Shown piece by piece: positions 12,527 to 21,980 of a DNA stretch of 64,000 nt (position 1 is the stretch's first letter; every line of letters starts with the position of its first letter). The notes under the pieces were generated by a model. That model did no database searches. It saw only the letters and a program-made list of their open reading frames with translations, and was not told the DNA's origin. This stretch comes from an uncultured archaeon. GTDB taxonomy: Archaea > Thermoproteota > Nitrososphaeria > Nitrososphaerales > Gagatemarchaeaceae. A program made the position numbers and the translations under genes. The DNA is taken from positions 1 through 64,000 of the forward strand of contig CAWFOU010000001.1 of assembly GCA_963817525.1 (NCBI GenBank). The letters run 5' to 3'.

Positions 12527-12982
12527 CTACTCCAGCTGGCTGCGAGAAGACAGAGAGACGTCCTGGGTGATCCAGGGAGTCGGCGGCTTCATGCCGAGCG
12601 CCTGGTGCAAGAGGTAAACCGCCTGGTAGTTCTTCCGGAAGATCTCCACCACCATCTCGCTAGTGACGTCGCTCCCCAGGGTCTGGAGGTCCTCCACCGG
12701 ATTATACTGGGAGAACCGCACCACCGCGCGCCCGCTCACCTTGCATGTCTGGCCGCACGCGGGCACCCCGAACCTGAAGGTATACCGCACGCTGAAGGTG
12801 TCTTCGCCCCAGGCCGACTCGCTCAGCTCGACGTCGAAATCAAAAGGCCTCGCCTCGGAGGAGCGGGCTTCTCGCGCCAGCCTTGACAGGGAAATACCGT
12901 CTATCGTCGACTCCACCGAGAGGATCTGGACTCCCGGGCTCGCCTTGGGGCTCTCTTCCTGCACGAGCATCGCGGTGGTCAT
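12527..12982 (-). CDS. Hypothetical archaeal protein (possibly SecB-like fold)
   Basis: Beta-rich N-terminus then helix and a PPTP tail; coupled to the upstream wHTH gene. Confidence 0.6.
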   Translation of the reverse strand: MTTAMLVQEESPKASPGVQILSVESTIDGISLSRLAREARSSEARPFDFDVELSESAWGEDTFSVRYTFRFGVPACGQTCKVSGRAVVRFSQYNPVEDLQTLGSDVTSEMVVEIFRKNYQAVYLLHQALGMKPPTPWITQDVSLSSRSQLE

Positions 12983-12983
12983 T

Positions 12984-13301
12984 TCACCAGGGCGCCTCCC
13001 CGTAGGCGGTCTGGACCACCGTGGTCCGGCCCAGGAGGCTGGCGTAGTCGCGCAGCACCTCCGTCCCCTTCGTCGTGACTGTGTACTCAGTCCTCGACCC
13101 CTCGCCCTTCTGCCCGACGAACCCCAAGGAGATGAGCGACTCTAAGTTCTTTTGAAGGATCACCCACGAGGTGTTGCTCCTGTACATGATATGCGTCGGC
13201 TTGACTGGCCCCTCCGAAGTCACCTTGAGGACGTCCATCATGGTCTCGAACGCGGATCTTCGCGCCGAGGGCTTTGTCTGCGAGCCCAGCTCTTGCCGCA
13301 T
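12984..13301 (-). CDS. Winged helix-turn-helix protein (archaeal HTH_45-like)
   Basis: RRSAFETMMDVL...PTHIMYRSN...YTVTTKG. Start at MRQELG, downstream of a TATA-like element. Confidence 0.85.
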   Translation of the reverse strand: MRQELGSQTKPSARRSAFETMMDVLKVTSEGPVKPTHIMYRSNTSWVILQKNLESLISLGFVGQKGEGSRTEYTVTTKGTEVLRDYASLLGRTTVVQTAYGEAPW

Positions 13302-13386
13302 CTCTTTTTCGCCGTCCTTTAGGTGGACGACTCGGATTATATACAACGAAGAAACCCCGAACCATGCTCGGGGCATATTGCTACAA

Positions 13387-13405
13387 CATGGAATCCAGTT
13401 CCATG
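13387..13405. promoter_or_regulatory. Perfect inverted repeat CATGGAA-N5-TTCCATG, candidate operator
   Basis: Lies upstream of the TATA-like element (~13337-13343) of the wHTH gene. Confidence 0.45.
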
Positions 13406-13485
13406 ATTCCTTGCGAGAATCGTAGGCTACTCGTCCTTCTCTTGAAGGAATAGCACGAATGGGGCGGTCCGGGCGGCTTCCCGTC

Positions 13486-14730
13486 TCACATCTCTCTCGT
13501 GACGGTGAGGCCGTACGAGTCGTAGGACAGATGGAAGGTGAAAAGGCCCCTTATGAGGCTCATCACCCTCTCGTCCTGGGCGCCGCGCTTGGCCACGAAG
13601 AGGGCCGTGGCCTCCGGCTCCCTCGCGAGTATCTCCTTCTGGGCCTTTAGGAAGTTGTAAGACTTTTCGAACCCGAGCGAGACTATAATGTCGGAGATGC
13701 TGTCGAAGATCATCAGAGGCCTTTGGCTCGCGTGCCCTCGGAGGGTGTTGGCGGTGAGGTCGAGGAGGACTGCTTGGTCGTCGTGCGGGACGGAGACCTC
13801 GTTCCCGTCCTTGGTCGGCGTAGGATAGGTCGCCTGGGATGTCATACTGAAGATCTCGATCCCGCCCAAAGAAGTGAGGGCGGCGTAGATGGGTCCTCCC
13901 TTCCACGTGAAGGCAAAGACCGCGCTCTTCGTCGACTTGAAGCGCGCGGCGAACTCCTTGACTATCGCCTCGTACCTGATGGCCGGGTCCACCTCGAGCA
14001 GGATGCTCCGGCCCGCGAACCCCAGCACGTCGACATCCCCGGCTGGCTGGCTCCTGTCTGGTCCTTTCGTTGGCGTCTCCTGCCAGGGCAGCAGCTCCAG
14101 GGAGTACGCCCGCGCGAGCTCCGCGACCTTGGGGGAGAGCTCTCCAGAGTAGAGGGCGTGGATGACCAGCTCCGTGTCCAGCTGTGTAACGAAGAGCTTC
14201 ATTATCTGCGTCTCGTCCACGGCCCTCAGGACCACGTAACCGTGCTTCGACTTGTCCTTCTTTTGGGCCACGATCCCCAGGGTATGGACGGCGCCCGACT
14301 TGCCCACCACCTTAGGGGTCAAGACCTTCAGCCCCTCTGACTCCAGCCTGCCCTCCAGCTTTGAGTAGAGCTCGGACTCTTGGGAGCCGACCGTCGGCAG
14401 ATAGGTAAGGGCCTTTGAGATTCGCTCCTTGGAGAGAGACTCCAGCTTCAGGGGCGCCGCCTCCCTCCTCAACTGCTGGTAGTGGTCAAGGAGCGCCGAC
14501 CCACTCGCGGTGAGGGAGTACGTGACCCTCTTCCCCTCGACCTGCCTGGAGAGGAGCTGGTTTCTCATGAGCGCCTCAAGATACATTATCAGGTCGTCCC
14601 AGGTGACGTTCGCCAGCTGCATGATCCTGGTCGGCTTCTCCGTCCCCTTGGAGATCACGCTGAGGATGTCGCATGTTATCTCGAGCTTCGAGCGCCTTCC
14701 GGACGACTTGGGGGTCTCTTCTTCGAACAA
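13486..14730 (-). CDS. wHTH fused to a restriction-endonuclease-like domain and a degenerate KaiC/DUF835-like domain
   Basis: RRSKLEITCDIL...PTRIMQLAN (wHTH); VVGKSGAVH (Mrr-like); LMIFDSISDII (RecA/KaiC-like, no Walker A). Confidence 0.7.
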   Translation of the reverse strand: MFEEETPKSSGRRSKLEITCDILSVISKGTEKPTRIMQLANVTWDDLIMYLEALMRNQLLSRQVEGKRVTYSLTASGSALLDHYQQLRREAAPLKLESLSKERISKALTYLPTVGSQESELYSKLEGRLESEGLKVLTPKVVGKSGAVHTLGIVAQKKDKSKHGYVVLRAVDETQIMKLFVTQLDTELVIHALYSGELSPKVAELARAYSLELLPWQETPTKGPDRSQPAGDVDVLGFAGRSILLEVDPAIRYEAIVKEFAARFKSTKSAVFAFTWKGGPIYAALTSLGGIEIFSMTSQATYPTPTKDGNEVSVPHDDQAVLLDLTANTLRGHASQRPLMIFDSISDIIVSLGFEKSYNFLKAQKEILAREPEATALFVAKRGAQDERVMSLIRGLFTFHLSYDSYGLTVTREM

Positions 14731-14844
14731 ATTTGGCTGATTTCCTCTCTTTTCCTTCGGCTTTTCGCCGGTTCGGAATCATATGTAAGGTTTAGTGATT
14801 GTAAAGGGGCGGGGCGGACGGCCCCGGCTCGGGGCGGAAGAGGC

Positions 14845-15105
14845 CTACTTCCCCGAGGCGTCGCTTGAGCTGGACTTTCCTTCTCCGTTCCCGCCCTTCT
14901 GCGCGGCTTCCCTCTCCATCCTGGAGTTGCTGAGCCACGTCGCGAGGACGAATCCGCCGACCACCACCGTCACGACGAGGGCCAATATCGCTCTCGCGAG
15001 ATTGGGGCCGGGTGAAATGATTATCGCGTCGAGGACAACCATAAGCGCGAGACCGGTCAGCATGTTGCGCCGCCAGGTCTTTGGAGGCTTGCGCTCTCGC
15101 TTCAA
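14845..15105 (-). CDS. Small membrane protein (2 TM)
   Basis: Two hydrophobic helices. Confidence 0.6.
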   Translation of the reverse strand: MKRERKPPKTWRRNMLTGLALMVVLDAIIISPGPNLARAILALVVTVVVGGFVLATWLSNSRMEREAAQKGGNGEGKSSSSDASGK

Positions 15106-15172
15106 CGTGCCCCCGATCGCCCGCGGCGGCCTTTTAGGGGTTCCGGGGGGAGCCCGTCGCGCGCGCGGCGGA

Positions 15173-15577
15173 CTAGGCGGGGTTGCCTTGGTAGAGCATT
15201 AGCAGGTTGCCCTCGGTGTCCTTGAAGAACGCCGTTGCTCCCGCCGAGTCGTATGTGATGGGCCCTTCCACTCTGCTGTCCTCGCCTGACTTTTCCCCGC
15301 GGTTGAACTTCACGCCCTTCTCCTTCAGCTCGCCGACCGCGGCCTTTATGTCGTCCACCATGAAAACGGAGTACGCGAGCTCCCTCTTCTCTCGCTCTTC
15401 GGGCGATACGAGCCAGAGCTCCGAGCCGCTGACCTTGACCGAGGCCCAAAAGTCCTTCATGGCGCCCTCCATGCGGTGCAAGAGCTTTCCCCCGAGCGTC
15501 GAGGTGTAGAACGCGACCGCCCTGTCCATGTTGCGTACCGGGATGAGCGTGGCGTGTCTGCCGATTTTAGAGAGCAA
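15173..15577 (-). CDS. VOC/glyoxalase family protein
   Basis: VRNMDRAVAFY...LG, FFKDTEGN. Confidence 0.9.
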   Translation of the reverse strand: MLSKIGRHATLIPVRNMDRAVAFYTSTLGGKLLHRMEGAMKDFWASVKVSGSELWLVSPEEREKRELAYSVFMVDDIKAAVGELKEKGVKFNRGEKSGEDSRVEGPITYDSAGATAFFKDTEGNLLMLYQGNPA

Positions 15578-15635
15578 GGTGGTGCACCTTAGCGAAGCGT
15601 CCTCGTTATTTAAACTGGATTTGGTGGGCCGGTCC

Positions 15636-17033
15636 CTAGGACGTGAAGGCGAACGGGTTCACGGGGAAATAGACGAAGAAGAACGTGACCGCCGCCACCA
15701 GCCATAGCAGGGCGAGAAGCTTCTCGTTCTCGACGCGGCCGCGTGCGGCGAAGGCGACGACCATGGGGATGCCCAGCGCCAGCCCGACGTCGGTATTGAT
15801 GAAGTAGAACGCGTACTCAACCCTGTGGCTCACGAGGGAGATGTAGAAGAGGGGAAGGTACGTCCCCGCGATGACGCAGGCCACGAGCGCGTCGACCTCC
15901 TTGGCGCTCCTCTTGACGGCCTTCCAGACCAGGACGGGGACGATCAGCCAAATCGAGTACCACACGACAAGGTTGCCCATGCCCTGCCAATCGATCGGGT
16001 GCACGGCCGTCTCGACGGTGGTCCCGTCGGGTTGGGTGACGGGGATATCGGTCGTGGTCACGTAGTACGGGAGCGGGCCGAGGTTGAACGGGAGTATCCA
16101 GCTCCAGGGATAGCAGTTCCACTGGTTTACGCTCCCGCAGCCTGTGAGGGATGATTGGTAGGTGTAGTAGTACTCGAAGTTCTGTATGGGGTTGGTCACC
16201 GGGTCGGACCCGACGGTCTTGGTTGACGTGGTCGTCGTGGTCAGGTTCGCGATCGGGTTCACGCTGACGATGGGCTCGACCACCACCGTGGTCTTGGCGT
16301 AGGGATGATATGCGAGGTCGTAGCCCCAGAGCGGCAACCCCACCACGAGCGCGAGGATCACGGCGAACACGGCTATCCGCTTGAGGCCGATGGGCGGTCC
16401 CCTGACCCTGAGCCTCTTCCCGTTGGCCCACAGGTGGTAGAGCACCAACGCGAGGAGGAAGAACACACCGGTCTCCTTGCTCAGGATGGAGAGGCCGAAG
16501 GCGAGGGCGGAGAGGTAGTAGCGTCGCTTGAAGTAGGCCAGGAACCCGGCGAGGGCGAAGAGCACCGGAGGCCCGTCCAGGAGGAGGAGGGACGTGTGGA
16601 TGAAGAACAGGTTCTCGAACGCGAGCATCGACGCGGCGAGGAGCGCCAAGTCCTTCGAGAAGAAGTGCCTCGCCAACTCGTACATCATCCAGACCGCGAG
16701 GGTGCCGATCACCGCGTAGAAGATCCGCCACCCGAAGAAGTTGTCCCCGAAGATCGCGATGCCCAGCGCCCCCCAGAGCTTCCCGAAGAAGGGGTGCTCC
16801 AGGTTGTTCGCGACCCCGTGGAGGAGGTCGAGCGACGCCGGCACGTAGTACGCCTCGTCGAAGACGAGCCCGCCCCCGTTCGAAGTGTCCGAGGGGAACG
16901 AGAGGGCAAAGAGATGTAGCGCGAAGATGATCAGCAGCAGGTGGCCTATGTTGAACCCCCTGACCATCCTCTGCAAGAGGCCTTTGTCCGACCCCTGGGC
17001 GTCGTCCATCGGCGTCTCCATCGCCGCCTCCAA
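15636..17033 (-). CDS. GT-C glycosyltransferase (PMT-like protein mannosyltransferase family)
   Basis: VFDEAYY, EHPFFGK, FGWR, LLDGP, many TM helices. Confidence 0.85.
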   Translation of the reverse strand: MEAAMETPMDDAQGSDKGLLQRMVRGFNIGHLLLIIFALHLFALSFPSDTSNGGGLVFDEAYYVPASLDLLHGVANNLEHPFFGKLWGALGIAIFGDNFFGWRIFYAVIGTLAVWMMYELARHFFSKDLALLAASMLAFENLFFIHTSLLLLDGPPVLFALAGFLAYFKRRYYLSALAFGLSILSKETGVFFLLALVLYHLWANGKRLRVRGPPIGLKRIAVFAVILALVVGLPLWGYDLAYHPYAKTTVVVEPIVSVNPIANLTTTTTSTKTVGSDPVTNPIQNFEYYYTYQSSLTGCGSVNQWNCYPWSWILPFNLGPLPYYVTTTDIPVTQPDGTTVETAVHPIDWQGMGNLVVWYSIWLIVPVLVWKAVKRSAKEVDALVACVIAGTYLPLFYISLVSHRVEYAFYFINTDVGLALGIPMVVAFAARGRVENEKLLALLWLVAAVTFFFVYFPVNPFAFTS

Positions 17034-17107
17034 GGCTGCCCACTTGTTCGCTCGATGTTATAACCTCAAACGTCTAAATCCCGACTCGCTCGCGGGTCGC
17101 AGAGACC

Positions 17108-17761
17108 ATGCAGGCCACGCTCCGCGGGCGCCTAGACGGGGTGACGCACTGGGTCGTGGTGGGCTCCTACTTCGCGGCCCTTCTCGCCTTCGCCGCGTCG
17201 CTGGTCCTCACCTTCGAGGGGAAACTCTGGGTAGGCCCTGTGGGCGACATCTCGTCGGTCTCAGTGGGCTCCGTCTCGGTCATCTACGCGCTGAGCCAAT
17301 ACAGGTTCAGGAGGGTCGGCTATACCGAGATGAAGTCGATCGTGCTCGGGGTCCTCTTCGCGAACGCCTTCCTCCAGTGCTACGAGCTCGCCTACGGCCT
17401 CACCTGGAGCCTGAGCGCGGTCGTCAACGACCCCTACACCGTGACCGGGACAGACGTCAGGACGTTCCTGCTATGGATTGTGATGATATCCCCCATCCTC
17501 CTGGTTCACGAGCATCTCAGGTTCAAGCGGACAGGCGCGCTCCTACTCTTCCTTACGGCGGTGGTCTGGGCTGCGTGGATACTCTACGGCTTCCCGCAGT
17601 ACTACCTCTCGGGCTACTTCTTCCCCCAGTACCTTCACACCACCGACCCGTTCCACCTCAGCCTGTGGCTAAACTTCGGGTCAAAGGCCCTTCTCGCGGT
17701 GTTCTTCGTCTCCTTGCTGGAGCCTCGGAAGGCCTTGAGGGCCGCTCTCGGTCGCCTCTAG
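17108..17761 (+). CDS. Hypothetical integral membrane protein
   Basis: About 6 TM helices, host-like codon usage. Confidence 0.7.
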   Translation: MQATLRGRLDGVTHWVVVGSYFAALLAFAASLVLTFEGKLWVGPVGDISSVSVGSVSVIYALSQYRFRRVGYTEMKSIVLGVLFANAFLQCYELAYGLTWSLSAVVNDPYTVTGTDVRTFLLWIVMISPILLVHEHLRFKRTGALLLFLTAVVWAAWILYGFPQYYLSGYFFPQYLHTTDPFHLSLWLNFGSKALLAVFFVSLLEPRKALRAALGRL

Positions 17762-18296
17762 CACTCGCGTCGGAAACCCCGTCCGCCTGGGGTCGCTTTC
17801 GGAGTTGTGCTCCTTGTCTAGGTTTCATGGCATCTTGGGTGCTCCGCTCGACCTCGACTTTGTGCCGACCCTGCGACGAGGCTGGTCAGAGGAGCATACG
17901 AGGCGAGGAAAAGAGGCTGTCGACTTTCTGGTTCGGACGGGGGGAGTCTGTCCCATCCTCGACTAATCGACTAGCTCTGGTGCTCCTTTCCGGGCGTTCC
18001 TGGTGCAACGCGGTCGTGTTCAGATTCCTCTAGTGGAATCCACCTCGGGGCATATTAACTCCGCCAAAGTGACACTCCGATGGTTTTGGAAAATCGCTCC
18101 GGAATCGTGTGCGACCTAAAGATGAACGCTCGGGGCAGGTTCGCAATCGCCTGGAACATACAGCAAGCGGCTCGAGTGGGGAACGCCGCTGAGACAAAGC
18201 CGATACACTTCATGCTGACATCACCTGACCCGAGACGCGCGTCGACGAAAAATCGAGCACCCGTTCTTAACGCTTAAATCGAGTGGGCGAGCTGGT

Positions 18297-19305
18297 GTGT
18301 CGAGTTTGAGACGATTTCTCTCTTTTGCGTCGATTTTGGCGCTTCTTTCGATTGTCGCCCTCTCCGGAGCGACCGCAGTCAACGCCCAATCTCAACCCGC
18401 GTGGACTCCAAGCGGCTGGGTGACCTCGGGCTCGATCTTCGACCTGACTGGGAACTCGAACCTCGCCTCTGGCCAAGCCCTGATAGCGGGTCATTCTTAC
18501 AATATGACATTGGAGATCACGGTGCCGATAACCTCGACGAGCACGAAGACCTTCGCCGTGAGCCTGAACCCGAGGTTCGGGGCTGCCACAGGCCAGTCGG
18601 TCTACTGGGCCCTTCACACGTCCCAGTATCCGGGGTATGATCGGACGCTCTTCACTGCGAGCGAGAAGACGGTTAATTTCAACTACACGCAAGGCACACT
18701 GAAGCTGTCCGCGTATTTCGCGGTGCCCGTTAACTTCACGATCCCGATCGCAAAGTACTCCACCCCGTCGGGGAACGGCACCGTAACCCTCCACCTGCCC
18801 CAGAACAACATCGTCTTCATCTCGGTAGTCCCACAGGGGTCGACTTCCGCCGGGTCGTTCTCGGCCTCCGTCCAAGACCAGGACATCCAGACCTATCTTG
18901 CGACCTACAGCCAGGCGTCGAACCTCGTGCCCTCGGGGAAGATACCGTCGACCTACCAGACCTTGGTCAACTCGATCATCGCACAGGCGCAGGGCCTCGA
19001 CCAGCTGGGGCTGCCTGACAACGCGACCGCGTTGCTCAACACGCTAGTCCCCGCTGAGTTCCCGGTACCTCCAAGCTCTTCCCTGCAGACGACCTTGCTG
19101 GCGGGCCTGGCCGCCGCCGTGATAGTGATAGTCCTACTTGGCCGTCCTCACCCTCCGCAGCAGGGGCAGAAGCGGCTACTCGACGGGGATAATCAACGAC
19201 GTCCAGAAGGAACTGGCGGTCCTCGAGGTGACGGCAGCCAAGTATGACAAGGGGCTGGCGGACAAGCTAAAGGCCGTCAGGGACAAATTGAGTGACTCAA
19301 GATGA
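18297..19305 (+). CDS. Secreted protein with C-terminal TM anchor and short cytoplasmic helix (frameshift near 19140); first gene of the tubulin-like operon
   Basis: Signal peptide and several NxT sequons. Removing one base after VIVLL gives AVLTLRSRGRSGYSTGIINDVQKELAVLEVTAAKYDKGLADKLKAVRDKLSDSR*, whose stop forms an ATGA overlap with 19302. Confidence 0.8.
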
Positions 19306-21980
19306 GCAACAGTAGCACGGCCAAGATGGCTTCATTCGCGAGCATCCACCTGGTGGGGCTCGGCGGCACCGGGACGAACGTGATCCAGGCGCTCATCGAA
19401 AGCGACCGGTTCTTCAGGCTGCTGACAGCAGAGGACTTCAACATAGCCTGCCTCTCGGTCGACATCGCAGATGCCGACATCGCGAATCTCGTTAACTCCT
19501 ACAAGGGCACGCAGTCAAAGCTCGAGGCAAAGGGGGTCTCGGTCGACCACCTCTGGGTCAGGGGTCTGGGCATGAAGTTCAACACCCCAGAGTCCTTGTT
19601 CGAGTTCATGGGCAAGTACAACACCTACCTCATGAAGGAGGGTATAGTCGCCACCAACTACAAGCCATGGGTGGCGTCGTCAATGACCATCCCGCCCCTC
19701 GCTGGAGGCGTGGGGAGGATGAGGGCCCTGAGCAAGGCGGTCTACGCCCTCAACTATTACCACTATAGTGAGCTCAACAGCGCCATCTCTGTCTTCAAGG
19801 ACCGCGTCCTGACCTCAAAGTTCCAGCCGATTGTCGTCCTCGTATTCGGCCTGGGCGGCGGCACGGGCAGCGGGATGGTATTCGACTTTGCGAGGCACCT
19901 CCGCGCCAAGCTGGGCTCTTCCGTGCCCATCATGGGGCTGGCGATACTTCCGAGCGCCGCCGACGACCTGTTGGCGAGGGGGCCCGCCCCGTACAACGCG
20001 CTGATGGAAGCGGAGCTCCTCTTCAACCGGAAGCTCAACGAGCAGGTCGCCAAGAAGTACGGCGCCCCCTACCAGAACCCCTTCAACTCGCTCTTCTTCC
20101 TCCCCCTCGACCCGGTGTACAACAACAGGAACAGCCTGTCCGCGGCCAAGAAGGAGCTGGACGACTGCATCATCGACATCCTGAGCATGTTCATGCGCTT
20201 CGACCTCGCCGACCTCCTCAGCAGGGTCGGGACGAACAACGACTTTGGGGCGAACTGGGCGCACACCCTGGCCTACCTCCGCATCCGGTATCCGGTCCAG
20301 GACTACATCGACTACATGCACGAATACCTCAAGCTGCTCGAGACCCTCGGCTCCTTCATGGACGCCAAGAGAGAGGCCCTCGGGACGATAAACGACGCGA
20401 TAAGGAACAGGTTCGGCGCCCTCAAGAACCTTTACAGGAAGACGCTCATCCAAACGAACAACTATCGCCCCGACTCCTTCGACTCCGAGGTCGAGGAGGT
20501 TGTCCGCAGGGCTGGGAAGTTCGAGGTCGAGTTCAAGAAGCAGGTCCGCGGCCTAGAAGATTTTGCACTGAACTACAACCAAAGGTGGACCAGGGTGCTG
20601 CAGGCGATGGCCTTCGGCCCCGAGACGATCGAGTACAGCGTGATACAGGGGCTGACTCACTTCCACCAGCAGATCTCCAACCTGGGCACCAACTACGAGC
20701 AGTTCCTCAAGGACATCCCGCTGTACACCTCCGAGCTGGAGAACAGCATCACCGCGAGCAAGTTCTTGACCTCGAGCCAGATAAGGCAGGTCAGGGGCTA
20801 CCTGAGTTTCGTCAACCTCGTGGGGACGTCGCTAGAGACCCTCACGCTGTACATCCGCGCCAAGGGGCTTGCGGACGAGGTCGCCGTCCTCTACGCGAAG
20901 GACGAGAGCAAGGAAGGGAGGATGGCGGCGGCGAAGGGCGAGACCGACCTACTACCGCTCTACAAGGCGGCCGGCTACATCCTGAATCGCCCTGAGACCG
21001 AGATCAAGGTCTCCGACCAGTACATCCCGGGCATCAGGATCGTAAAGAAGGGCCTCGACGACACGTTCAGGGAGGCGAGCTCCTCCTTGGAGTCGAACGA
21101 GAGGCTGCTAGCCCAGAAGGAGCAGGACCTTTCTAGGATCAGCAAAGAGATCGACAAGATCAGGGTGGACGTCAGCGGGAAGAAGAAGCTCCTCAAGAGG
21201 ACGCAAGAGTCCATACAGAGCGAGGTGGAGGGCGTGCGCGCCCAGATCGAGGGGCAGAGGGCAGACCGCGACAAGATGAAGTCGGACCTGGACAAGCTGA
21301 CGGAGCTCGAAAAGGCCCTCGAGATCACCTCGCCCTACAGAAAGCTCCTCGCGACCGTGGTCAACAAGAGCGTGGAGCTGAACACGCTGATGAGCGGGAT
21401 CACGAACACCGGCAGCTACTACGAGAGGGTGGTGGAGCTGAGCGAGGTGGAGCAGGTCAAGATCATGGAGAAGATCCTCCGGGAGGACGAGGAGAGCCTG
21501 AAGGGCGACTCGATCCTCAAGGAGATCGTCGACCGTGAGAGGTTCCGGAGCATCGTGAAGAGCTACATACGGATCTTCAGCGTGCCCAACTACCCCGGCC
21601 TCGCCGACAACTACCGGTCAGACCTGATATGGGCGACCGTCGGCATCCCGCCAGGCCTCTGGGACCAGGAGCTCCAGGGGGCGCTCTCGAGCACCCTCAA
21701 CGTCTACTCGAGCGTCGAAGCCAGCAAGAGCATCTCGGTCAGGCAGATCCCCCAGATGGACCCATGGACCATAACGTTCCTGGTCATCATGGCGAAGGCG
21801 AGGATCGACCAGATCGAAAAGTTCCCCTCGATGAAGAACGACATGGAGGGGGTGCAAAAGTCCGAGAGGCTGCTCTTCAGGAGCTTCCTCCTCGAGCAGG
21901 GACTGGCTAGCCTCGACGACCTGATAGCCAAGTTCGAGGAGAAAAGGGCCGCGCTGAACTTGAAAGAAAGGGAGGCCTGA
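19302..21980 (+). CDS. Divergent tubulin/FtsZ-superfamily GTPase with long helical/coiled-coil region (FtsZ-like 1 / Tubulin_2 type)
   Basis: VGLGGTGTNV (T1), GGVGRMR, FGLGGGTGSG (T4 signature), AILP, FDLADL (T7-like); heptad-rich region at about aa 580-700. Confidence 0.88.
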   Translation: MSNSSTAKMASFASIHLVGLGGTGTNVIQALIESDRFFRLLTAEDFNIACLSVDIADADIANLVNSYKGTQSKLEAKGVSVDHLWVRGLGMKFNTPESLFEFMGKYNTYLMKEGIVATNYKPWVASSMTIPPLAGGVGRMRALSKAVYALNYYHYSELNSAISVFKDRVLTSKFQPIVVLVFGLGGGTGSGMVFDFARHLRAKLGSSVPIMGLAILPSAADDLLARGPAPYNALMEAELLFNRKLNEQVAKKYGAPYQNPFNSLFFLPLDPVYNNRNSLSAAKKELDDCIIDILSMFMRFDLADLLSRVGTNNDFGANWAHTLAYLRIRYPVQDYIDYMHEYLKLLETLGSFMDAKREALGTINDAIRNRFGALKNLYRKTLIQTNNYRPDSFDSEVEEVVRRAGKFEVEFKKQVRGLEDFALNYNQRWTRVLQAMAFGPETIEYSVIQGLTHFHQQISNLGTNYEQFLKDIPLYTSELENSITASKFLTSSQIRQVRGYLSFVNLVGTSLETLTLYIRAKGLADEVAVLYAKDESKEGRMAAAKGETDLLPLYKAAGYILNRPETEIKVSDQYIPGIRIVKKGLDDTFREASSSLESNERLLAQKEQDLSRISKEIDKIRVDVSGKKKLLKRTQESIQSEVEGVRAQIEGQRADRDKMKSDLDKLTELEKALEITSPYRKLLATVVNKSVELNTLMSGITNTGSYYERVVELSEVEQVKIMEKILREDEESLKGDSILKEIVDRERFRSIVKSYIRIFSVPNYPGLADNYRSDLIWATVGIPPGLWDQELQGALSSTLNVYSSVEASKSISVRQIPQMDPWTITFLVIMAKARIDQIEKFPSMKNDMEGVQKSERLLFRSFLLEQGLASLDDLIAKFEEKRAALNLKEREA

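Noticed and set aside
15817-18033. Long alternative ORFs (408 aa, 382 aa) and similar ones elsewhere, such as 56062-57174 and 57457-58629
   Set aside because: Arg/Gly/Pro-rich shadow frames of real genes, expected in high-GC DNA
19302-21980. Canonical cell-division FtsZ, CetZ or artubulin
   Set aside because: More than twice the usual length, with a coiled-coil insert and a non-division gene context
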